Positions 31,401-41,543 of a DNA stretch of 64,000 bases are shown piece after piece. Position 1 is the first letter of the stretch; the number at the start of each line of letters is the position of its first letter. The translations under genes and the position numbers were made by a program. This DNA is from Antedon mediterranea. Lineage: Eukaryota; Animalia; Echinodermata. The DNA lies in NCBI RefSeq assembly GCF_964355755.1, contig NC_092675.1:14480912-14544911 (forward strand), in the 5' to 3' direction. The notes beneath the pieces were generated by a model that was not told the DNA's origin, did no database searches, and was given only the letters and a program-made list of their open reading frames with translations.

Positions 31401-33017
31401 TTTGAAGCTATTCTAAACACTTTGGTGTTTTTATGTTGACAAGTTTTTACGAAAATCACAAATTGGTCTAAAATGTCTCCAAATGCGATTTGAAGCTATT
31501 ATAAGCACATCACAAAATGGTCTAAAACGTCTCCAAATGCGATTTGAAGCTATTCTAAGCACTTTGGTGTTTTTATGTTAACAAGTTTTTTTCAAAAAAC
31601 CACAAAATGGTCTAAAACGTCTCCAAATGCGATTTGAAGCTATTCTAAGCACTTTGGTGTTTTTATGTTAACAAGTTTTTTCGAAAATCACAAAATGGTC
31701 TAAAACGTCTCCAAATGCGATTTGAAGCAATTCTAAGCACTTTGGTGTTTTTATGTTAACAAGTTTTTTCGAAAATCACAAAATGGTCTAAAACGTCTCC
31801 AAATGCGATTTGAAGCTATTCTAAGCACTTTGGTGTTTTTATGTTAACAAGTTTTTTCGAAAACCACAAAATGGTCTAAAACGTCTCCAAATGCGATTTG
31901 AAGCTATTCTAAGCACTTTGGTGTTTTAATGTTAACAAGTTTTTTCGAAAATCACAAAATGGTCTAAAACGTCTCCAAATGCCATTTGAAGCTATTCTAA
32001 GCACTTTGGTGTTTTTATGTTAACAAGTTTTTTCGAAAATCACAAAATGGTCTAAAACGTCTCCAAATGCGATTTTAAGCTACTCTAAACACTTTGGTAT
32101 TTTTATGTTAATAAGTTTTTTCGAAAATCACAAAATGGTCTAAAACGTCTCCAAATGCGATTTGAAGCTATTCTAAGCACTTTGGTATTTTGTGTGAAAA
32201 AGTTTTGTCGAAATGCTCAAAATGGTCTAAAACGTTTTTAAATACGATATTAAGCTATTTTGTGCTCTTTGATGTTTTTGTGTGAAAAGTGTTATCGAAA
32301 TGCTCAAAATGGTCTAAAACGGTTTATAATGTGATTTTAAGCACTTTGATGTTTTTGTGTAATCAAGTTTCATCGAAATGCACAAATTGGTCTAAAACGT
32401 CTCCAAATGCGATTTGAAGCTATTCTAAGCACTTTGGTGTTTTGTGTGAAAAAGTTTTGTCTAAATGCTCAAAATGGTCTAAAACGTTTTTAAATACGAT
32501 ATTAAGCTATTTTGTGCTCTTTGATGTTTTTGTGTGAAAAGTGTTATCGAAATGCTCAAAATGGTCTAAAACGGTTTATAATGTGATTTTAAGCACTTTG
32601 ATGTTTTTGTGTAACCAAGTTTCATCGAAATGCACAAATTGGTCTAAAACGTCTCCAAATGCGATTTGAAGCTATTCTAAGCACTTTGGTGTTTTTATGT
32701 TAACAAGTTTTTTCGAAAATCACAAAATGGTCTAAAACGTCTCCACTTTGGTGTTTTGTGTGAAAAAGTTTTGTCGAAATGCTCAAAATGGTCTAAAACG
32801 TTTTTAAATACGATATTAAGCTATTTTGTGCTCTTTGATGTTTTTGTGTGAAAAAGTTTTGTCGAAATGCTCAAAATGGTCTAAAACGATTTATAATGTG
32901 ATTTTAAGCACTTTGATGTTTTTGTGTTACCAAGTTTCTTCGAAATGCACAAAATGGTCTAAAACGTCTCCAAATGCGATTTGAAGCTATTCTAAGCACT
33001 TTGGTGTTTTTATGTTA
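19413..33017. repeat. 88-bp AT-rich satellite array with ~87-bp and ~78-bp variant monomers
   Basis: Monomer cacaaaatggtctaaaacgtctccaaatgcgatttgaagctattctaagcactttggtgtttttatgttaacaagttttttcgaaaat (88 nt; e.g. tcacaaaatg at 20881 and 20969). Variants start gctcaaaatggtctaaaacgtttttaaatacg and gctcaaaatggtctaaaacggtttataatgtg. Confidence 0.98.
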
Positions 33018-33287
33018 CGACCACATCGGACAGTATGATCACATCAGTCCAAGAGATGGCTGCTAAAAAAAATTGAACTAGCCAACAATTCTAAAACTAG
33101 CAAACTATGGCTAACTTACCAAATGTTAGAAGTTGCACGAGAACTCATCAAAGCAGATCGAACTGGGTCATGGAAAATGCATCTTCATGCTATGAATGAT
33201 TGTTTGCCAATATTTGCTGCAGCTGGACATTCTAATTATCTGAAGTCTGGTTATCTCAACCTCCAGAAAATTCAAAGGTTAGAAACA
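33018..33287 (+). pseudogene. Academ A transposase, fragment 1
   Basis: ELANNSKTSKLWLTYQMLEVARELIKADRTGSWKMHL...LPIFAAAGHSNYLKSGYLNLQKIQRLET. Contains the RTGxWxxHL...AAGHxNY motif of this family. Interrupted by the Polinton. Confidence 0.8.
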
Positions 33288-34094
33288 AGTAGTATAGTAC
33301 CCCGTTCAGTCCAATGAATAATTCATAAATTAATTAATGAATATTAATATATTAATTATGAGAGTACTATTTATGAATAATAAATATTTTAAAGGGTATT
33401 ATTTATGAATAAATTAATAAATTAATTAATTATGAGGGGTAGTTTTATGAATAATTAATATTTTAAAAGGTATTATTATGAATAAATGAATAAATCAATT
33501 AATTATGAAGGGTAGTTTTTATGAATAATTAAATGGTATTATTTATAAATAAATGAATTAATTAATTAGGTATGAGGGGGTAGTTTTATGAATATTTAAT
33601 AATTAAAATGGTATTATTTATGAACAAATTAATAAATTAATTTGTTTAGTGATCCCAGTCCAATGAAAAAGTAATGAGATGTTTTAATATTCATGAATAT
33701 TAATATATTTTTTATTAATATGAGGGTGTTTTAATGAATAATTAGTAAATGCGTTGGTTTTTATTCTCTGAATTAATAAATTAAGTATTATATATGTAAA
33801 TTGTATTTAAATGTTAAAAATCAGTCTGATCAAATAGAATCAATCTGATCAGTTCTATTTGTAACTGGATAGGCTACCCTCAGTAAAGATGGTAATAAAT
33901 AAATAAAAATTAAAAATAATGTGCTTACCTTCATTGAGAAGTCTGAAATCTACAAGTTTAATCAGCTTTGATTACTGCTTTTTTTTATGTTTGTATAAGA
34001 ACAAAATCATAACATCAATCCGCTGTCTTTCCATGGAATTAGTTTACAGTATGTGAGGCGTGGACAGGTTATTTTTTCAAATCCAGTGATTTTA

Positions 34095-34395
34095 GCGGGT
34101 ATGTGACGTCATCCGGCAATGAACCAATAAGATTCCTTATAAACATAGCGCTAATGAATTAATCTACCAATCATAATTCGTTGTTTTTTGTAAGCTTAGC
34201 GATCTCAGTCCAATGAATAAGTAATGAGATGTTTTAATATTCGTGAATATTAATATATTTTTATTAATATGAGAGTGTTTTAATGAATACTTAGTAATTG
34301 CGTTGGTATTTATTCTATGAATTATTGAATTAAGTATTATATATGTAAATTGTTTTATTTTTAACAGGGTACCTGATTTACTATATATATACAGA
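34095..34395 (+). promoter_or_regulatory. Putative Pol II promoter in the TIR (CRE/ATF TGACGTCA, CCAAT boxes, TATA-like tract)
   Basis: gtgacgtcatccggcaatgaaccaataag at ~34103-34131, second ccaat at ~34167, ctatatatatac at 34381, ~100 nt upstream of ATG 34485. Mirrored in the right TIR. Confidence 0.4.
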
Positions 34396-34484
34396 TTGTT
34401 AATTTGAAAACAGTACAGTTTTCCTGCTTTAGATTTTTAACATTTAGTCATCTGTTCTTTATCCTGCTGTTATTATCTATCAGG

Positions 34485-35171
34485 ATGAATTCTACTCTAC
34501 CGGTAGTAAGAGATTTTTTTCTTCTTCAAAAGGACAGAGTGCTGTATCTAATCGAGTAAAGATACACAAAGTTTCACATCAACACGGCACAGCAGTACCT
34601 TCAAATCGTATGACGTGTTTAATGGCGATTCAACCCCCACCTCCAATGAACGTTGATTTCAATAATGTATCTAATACTGAAGAAGACGAACATTATAGAT
34701 CGAGAATAATTTCTGAAAAGGAGAGGATTGTATACGACGACATGTCATCGGTAGTTGACTACCACCTATTTCTGGCAAGAAAAGCCGATGTAGAAGATGA
34801 GGTAGAAGATGAGGTGTTTGCGGAAGAGTACCTGAACCCTGTGTTGGAGGTGGAGATTAAGAAAGAAACTACCGAACTTGAGTACAAAGAAATAATGAGA
34901 ACAATTGAGAAGGTTTTCATAGAAGAATTTATATTCATTCTGAAGGACATGGTTGAACGTTATAACTTTCACGGCTCAAGATATGAACAACTCCTAACAT
35001 TTTTTCGACCAATTCTGGCATTGAAACTTGTGGACAATAGCCCTACCCATTTTTGAATGGGCGCTAAACTACTTTCATTTACGTTGTATCAATGTTGATG
35101 CGTTCGATAAAGCCATAAAGTTGATTACAAATGATTCAGAACTTTTTAATAAGATTCTTTACCAATTGTAA
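34485..35171 (+). pseudogene. Unknown Polinton accessory gene within left TIR (reconstructed ~225 aa), frameshifted
   Basis: ORF 34610-35056 continues after a 1-nt frameshift as EWALNYFHLRCINVDAFDKAIKLITNDSELFNKILYQL* (in frame in the right copy). Upstream ATG at 34485. AATAAA at ~35303. Confidence 0.7.
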
Positions 35172-35474
35172 TTTGTACAAATTAAAAATAATATCTTAAC
35201 ACTTTTTTAATTAATGTTACATAATTTTATAATTCTTATTTCTTTTCGGTAAATTTATTATTATTATGGTTGTAAATTATATTGAAATAGAATGTGTGTT
35301 AAAATAAAGGTTGTGTTTTTTCTTTTAAAAGCAACAACAACGAAAATGAAATTTGATATTTGCGTGTTATTTAAGTATTTGATTTATTTTTTTAATTTTC
35401 ATTTGGGTGAATGAGGGTAATGAATATGATTGAGTATTTAAGAAAAGTATATTAAGATCCTAAGCATCCTGATA

Positions 35475-38400
35475 TAGGCTATGGGGCATGGCCTTCTATC
35501 GTTTCATTTCGTGATCTCCTATCGGGAGGGGGGGGGGGAGAGAATAAAATTGGTATTACAATTATAACACAAATATAAACTGGCCGGTCCCGCTTGTAAA
35601 TTTTACGCGTCAACGAAATATGTTTGTTTTTATATGTATTTTATTGCGATATAGAAGATTTTTGTAGGTCAGTACAGGTCGCACAATTGACCAATCAAAA
35701 AATTTGTCTTTTAACTCATGGAGCTGTGCAACAGTAACTGTCCAATCAGATTCGCTTACACAGCGGGATACGGCTACTAGACAATCGTAAACAAACATGT
35801 GTTGTTCTTCTGGAGCGCGGAGGAAGATGTCATCTTCTGATGATCAAAAACGTTGTTATTGACACAATACATCTAATTCTGGGACAATATTAACATTCAC
35901 AGAAACCAAATGGAAAACTTATTTAATGTGTACAAAAAATCTAAGCGGCAATCAAAAGGAGTTTTGTAGCCGCAAATCCTTTTGAAAATATTGAGAGCTT
36001 ACCAATACTTGTTACCAATTCCTGACGACGCTTGATGTCATAAAAAGATGCTATCAATATTTCACTGATTGTAGCAAACAAAGGCGAGCAGGAAAATATG
36101 ACATAGAGGATGTTAATTCATCCAACAATGAAGAAGGTAAATTCTATTTTTTTTAATGATAGGTCTAGACTAGGCCCCTAGCCTAGCTAGTAGGCCTAGG
36201 CCTAGTAATTATAAATTAGTTCATATCATATCTGCCTTGCTAAAAAAAGCCTAGCTAGGTAGGTTGGCGGTGGGTAGTCTACAAAGTTTATTTTTTTAAT
36301 ATGTAGAGTAGGCTAGGCCTAGTATATAATTTTTTTTTAATATCTGGGCCAACATAAAATGAACCCATAATTACAATATGAATTAGGCCTAGCTAGGGTG
36401 GCCCCAGTATTATTGTGTAGTGGACCTAGTTTGATGGTACCTCCATCTTGGGAAAAAACATTTGCATTTTATTCAATGTGGTAATGCATGCAAACCTTGG
36501 CAAGTAGCCTCAGGCAAGGACAGAATGGACCAACCTGATGCTTTATGTTGTTATTTGAGACATATTATTTGAATTCTTGTACTGCAATATTAAATAGTGT
36601 ATAGATGATACTGAACTGATTATATTATTATATTTATTACACAAACATTTAGAATCATAAATATTAATTAGTATTCTTTTTTTTTACAGAAGAATTTCAA
36701 GGATTAGAGTCAACAGAAGAGTCAACAGAAGAGTCAACAGCAGAACCTGTTACTAAACGAAGGAGAGTTCTGCGATCACATGTAACAATTACACAAACTG
36801 CATAAAAAATGCTGAACGAAGTCGAAGAGTAGCCATCGGCTCACAAACAATTAAAATACCAAAAGCCGAACAGCAAATTCCAGAACAGTTGAAAACATTT
36901 TTATCTGCTAATCAAGTTCTTCTTTCAGATATGAAGCATGTGTGAAGCAGATTACCTCAAGGGAATACATGTATTCATAACATCATCATTATTATGCCAT
37001 TCTATTTCAGAATCAAATGGAAAAGTTTTAATCAAGAAGAGGCAGACATCAGAATGTTTCTGTATGCGAAGTATGCTGTAGACCATGGTGGTAAAGATAT
37101 TGTTACAATCAGCCCTGACACTGATGATGTTTTTATTATTGGATTGGCATTTTGCAAAAGTCTGCATGGCTCTCACCTATATTTCAATACTGGAAAAGAT
37201 GCTAATCTCCGAACAATTGATCTGCAGGCTATTCAGGAACATATTGGAAATGATGTTTCAAATGCATTAATTAGACTACATTGCTTCACAGGATGCGATT
37301 CAGTCAGCGCTTTTTTGGGAACGGTAAAGTGAAGGCAATGAAACTCGTAATGGAAAACTCTAATTTATGCATTCTTTGCATTGGGCAATTCTACCAGCGA
37401 ACTTTCAGATGAATTACTTTGTGATCTAGAAACATTTGTATGTAGGCTGTATGGTCACAAGAACCAATCTGTCAATGAAGTAAGGTATGCAATGTTCTCA
37501 ATGAATGTAAGAGCTGAAAATATGATGCCACCCAATAAAGATACTGTATATAAACATATTCAGCGTGCCAATTCTCAAGCTTCAATTCACAAAGCTAGTT
37601 TTATTCAACAACAAAATGCTCCATCTCCTGTTGGAAATGGGTGGAAGATGGCCGATAATAAACTCGTAATTGACTGGATGGAGAAGCAACCTGCTCTACA
37701 CAGCATTCTCGAATTGTCATCCTGGTCATGTAAAAAGTCAAAATGCAATGAAGGGGTTGCAAATGAAAAATGCTGTGTATCCTTAGGATTCTCTTGTACA
37801 GAATTATGCTCATGCAAAAACTGTAAAAATCTTCTTCATACATCAGATGTTTTTGAAATTGATGGTGATGATAGCGATGATGAGGAAGAGGGAGATGAAT
37901 TTGAGCAGGAAGAACTTTTTAGTGTAGTTTAAGTGTAATTTATGGTTTACAAATGTTCATTTTACTTGGTCTACATGATTTTAATGTAATTACCCTAAAT
38001 TCACATATTATAGGCCTATTTAGGTTAAACTATTTTGTAACTTAACTATTTTGTAACGTAACGGATGAACCATGAGAAAGTATAAATAAAGAACCCATGA
38101 GATGATAAGCAATATTAAGACACATGAGTATTATAAGAAACTTTGCTGTAATAATTTCATTTATTTGTTACTAATTGCTTATAATTCTATGTTGTACATC
38201 TACAATGAAAACAATAATGCAACATTTGATTTATTACTAATTGATTATAATTCTATGTTATGCATCCAATGAAAACAAAAAGTTGCAATTATATAGGAGA
38301 GATAATATTAATAAATATTTTGTGACAGCATAGTCATGAATTATAAAGATTGAAAATGCATCTTCTTTTCAGTGTGCTTAAATAAATATTAATTAAGGTT

Positions 38401-38609
38401 TACTAACAGATACATTTCTTACAAGGAAATTCGATTTTTTTACACCTAAAATTACTCTTATTGCGTAACTTTTGGAAGCGGGATCGGCTGAATTTGTGTT
38501 AACCTAATTATTAACTATAAACTGTGTGAATATCTTCCTCCCCCACCCCCGTTAGGAGATCACGAAATTCGTTTTCTAGGCCTCTTTTTGGCTCATGCCC
38601 CATAGCCTA
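35475..38609 (+). mobile_element. Academ DNA transposon B (3,135 bp, internally deleted), inserted in the Polinton integrase
   Basis: TIR TAGGCTATGGGGCATG...CATGCCCCATAGCCTA, continuing imperfectly ~80 bp (atttcgtgatctccta). 3-bp TSD ATA (35472-74, 38610-12). XPG-like and Cys-rich coding remnants. Confidence 0.88.
36800..37932 (+). pseudogene. Academ B XPG/FEN1-like nuclease plus C-terminal Cys-rich finger, frameshifted
   Basis: QEEADIRMFLY...SPDTDDVFII...LHCFTGCDSVSAF (PIN/H3TH-type motifs), then SCKKSKC...CCVSLGFSCTELCSCKNCKN and an acidic tail. Confidence 0.85.
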
Positions 38610-38787
38610 ATAATTTTGGTGGTGTGGACCGACTTTATCAAAATGTAAAAGACGATTTAAATATTACCAAGAGACAAGTTCAAGACTGACTGAACAAGCA
38701 ATACATTACACACATCCATTCAACGTAAATTCAAACAAAACTGGGTACTTGTAAGTGCTATTGATAAACAACGGGGAATGGATTTGG

Positions 38788-38972
38788 AAAAATAACGTGT
38801 ATAAAATTTGATTCAGACAAACTGTTTGCAAAATCAAAGGTTTGACTCTAGATTTCCAAAAATCAAAGGAAGTCAATTTTGAAATAGTTGGTATAGCATG
38901 GTACGAGGAATCGGACTGGAAAAAATAACAACAACTAATCCTAACAAAATAACCCGTAAACCAAAATCTCAC
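38788..38972 (+). pseudogene. C-terminal remnant of Polinton protein-primed DNA polymerase B
   Basis: KNNVYKI*..QTVCKIKGLTLDFQKSKEVNFE then, frameshifted, SMVRGIGLEKITTTNPNKITRKPKSH. Fits the KNYxY...CKxKG(I/F)TL...VNF...NPxKI.R pattern near the end of Polinton pPolB. Confidence 0.78.
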
Positions 38973-40059
38973 TTAATATTTATTTTTTATTATAAATTTG
39001 TAAAAGTAGTTAACCTATTTTAATTCATGGTAAATTTATTTTTCGAATTAATTTAATTTGTTTTATTTTCTGTTGAATTTTTATTATTATTATGTTTGTA
39101 AAGTGTATTGCAATAGATTTGTTTATTAAAATAAATTAATTATGTTTTGACTTAATTTATGTCAGTGTAAATTTGTAAAAGTAGTTTTCCTATTTTAATT
39201 CATGATAAGTTTATTTCTTGACTTTACTTAATTTTTTCTTTTCTGTTAAAGTAGAATGTGTATTAAAATACATTTTGTTTTTAACATCAACAACAAAAAA
39301 TGAAATTTTATCTTTGTGTGTTGTTTAATTCGTGTATGATGTTTTTCTAATTTATTTATACAAAAAAAAAAAAAAAAAACAAGTTTTTTTGTTAAATGTA
39401 ATTGCAAACATACATAATAAATGATTGCGATTAAAAATTATATTTTGTAAAGTGTATTACAATAGAATGTGTATTGAAATACATTTTGTTTTTAACATCA
39501 ACAACAAAAATGAAATTTGATCTTTGCGTGTTGTTTAACTCGTGTATGAAGTTTTTGAATTTGTTAAATGTAATTGCAAACATACATATTAAATGATTGT
39601 GACTAAAATTATTCTGGTTACTTTGTATTTTTTTATTTTAAACAGTAGTATTTTTAACAGTAGTTATATTTTATATATAAAAAGTAATATTACAAAAATA
39701 AACATACAAAATTCATAAAGCATAGACTTATTAAATTTAAATACAATTTCTTTATTTCAAAATGAATTTCATTTTATACGTGTTTTCAATTTTAAATCTT
39801 TTAAGAAAGACACAATACGTACTGATATAAGAACGTACACAAAAGAAAACAAATTTGAGACGCACGGTTTGTAACGACACTTTCAATAAGAAGGCATATT
39901 ATAAATGTATTTTTACCAAATTTATAAAGTAAATGCTTATTATTGAGAAATATACATTTTAGATAAATGATAACACATCTAAAATTAATTCGAGAGATCA
40001 ATACAATATGGTGTTCATAATAATTTGTTTTGATGACTAGAGGAAACATCTGAAGACAT

Positions 40060-40623
40060 TCAAAGAAAACCAAGCGTTAACACCATACCAGTCACTAAGA
40101 ATGCTACTACTACTCTGAAAAAAACATCTCCCTTCCTACACAGAAACAAATTATGAACGAAAATAAAAAATAAAAAAATAAAAATAATTATTAAACAAAA
40201 CACGCGCATTATGAATAAAATGAATAATTTAAGAATATTTGTTAAACTACCCACGAACAAACTAACCGATTCATCGTCATTACGAAGTTCAAATAACGAA
40301 AACCTTTCCTTGAAAAATCCACAGGAGACACGTTTTACATTTTCTAACAGCAATTCAGTGTCACATTGTGTCGCAACACATGTACATACAACGAGTCCTG
40401 TCACAAGTCTGCCGACATCTATTTTTCTATCGCTCATCATTTGTTCTAATACATAATACAGCGCTTCCAAAGAAATATCTTTACACAATTCTAACACATT
40501 AAAATTGTTTTCCAACTCTTTACAATCACGAATAGTACTCTGGAGGATGGGTGAATCCAAAACAACTAACCCCGTCAATTTATATTCAATGTATGCTAAA
40601 ACTACTTCCTCTAAATCAACCAT
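40060..40623 (-). CDS. Intronless Bcl-2-family-like protein (187 aa from ATG 40623) with hydrophobic C-terminus; Polinton cargo
   Basis: BH4-like DLEEVVLAYIEYKL (human BCL2 DNREIVMKYIHYKL), BH3-position ILQSTIRDCKELENNF, BH1-like VLEQMMSDRKIDVGRLV (BAX DMFSDGNFNWGRVV), weak BH2, then hydrophobic stretches. Order and spacing fit the fold. Confidence 0.72.
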   Translation of the reverse strand: MVDLEEVVLAYIEYKLTGLVVLDSPILQSTIRDCKELENNFNVLELCKDISLEALYYVLEQMMSDRKIDVGRLVTGLVVCTCVATQCDTELLLENVKRVSCGFFKERFSLFELRNDDESVSLFVGSLTNILKLFILFIMRVFCLIIIFIFLFFIFVHNLFLCRKGDVFFRVVVAFLVTGMVLTLGFL

Positions 40624-41304
40624 AACGCTCGACAAAACAAATGATAATGGATGTAATTACCAAGAAAGTTACAACTTAAAACCTTTATTTTTGTTTTTAA
40701 AAAGAAAAAAAGTAACATAGAAACTAATTTTGTCAGGAAATGTGTTTTTATTATTTATGTGATTTATTTGTGTTTATAAAGTTACAACATTAACATTTAA
40801 TTTGGTAAAAAAATGTGAATATACGGAGCCGATTGTAATTTTTAATCCTTAGTATAGTGAGAGATTTTATAAACAAAAAAAGAGCGGACGGAAATTAAAG
40901 ATTGCAGATTAGACATATAGAAATGGATTGAAATTGGAAATCTACATGATCAAAGAAAAGAAACCCATTGTTCCGACAGAAGCTAATGACATTTACAAAG
41001 GATGACAAACTTTGAATAGAGTAAATACCGTATAACATAATTAAATTTTGTCAAGATAGTTGTCAAAAATAAATAAAATATATTATACTGAATTTACTTT
41101 GTACATTTATTTAATTTAGGCCGTAATTAGGTTTGTTGTTCATTTATGATTGTGACAAAAAAAAATACATACTAATAAAACAGCTATAGGCCTATAAAAA
41201 AAGTAAAAAAAAAAATAATGATTCAGTGTTATAATTTTATTTACCTGTCATTATGTTAATAAAACATATTCTAAATTTAATTTATGTCATGTTAGATATA
41301 TTTT

Positions 41305-41540
41305 CAAAGACATTTGTTACATACAAATAATTTTGTAAAGAAATGTGTTACATAAGATAAATTTGTTAAGAAGTTTGTTTCATAAAAATATTTGTGAAGA
41401 TAAATTTGTTACATAAAAATTATTTTTGTAAAGAAATTTGTTACGTAAATTTATTTTTTACAAGAAGTTTGTAACAGAAAATTATTTTGCAAAGAATTAG
41501 TTGCATCAATTGATTTTATCAAACGTATGTAACATAAAAA
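41305..41540. repeat. Degenerate short AT-rich tandem repeat (atttgttacataa / ttttgtaaagaa) next to the right TIR
   Basis: About 8-10 imperfect copies of aatttgttacataa-like and ttttgtaaagaa-like units. Confidence 0.6.
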
Positions 41541-41543
41541 AAA

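Larger units (their letters stand above)
33288..35357 (+). repeat. Left terminal inverted repeat of the Polinton (~2.07 kb)
   Basis: Reverse complement of 41544-43660 apart from small indels and substitutions. Match ends at ...caacgaaaatgaaatttgat. Confidence 0.93.
35426..38787 (+). pseudogene. N-terminal remnant of Polinton retroviral-like integrase (35426-35474 joined to 38613-38787; split by Academ B)
   Basis: Removing Academ B and one TSD copy restores MIEYLRKVY*DPKHPDNFGGVDRLYQNVKDDLNITKRQVQD*LNKQ...QRKFKQNWVLVSAIDKQRGMDL. This fits the YYDPxHPxxFGG...W...RxF...IDxQWxxDL pattern of Polinton integrase N-termini. Confidence 0.85.

Noticed and set aside
19413-33017. CRISPR-like regular array
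   Set aside because: Head-to-tail monomers with no unique spacers, no cas genes, eukaryotic context.
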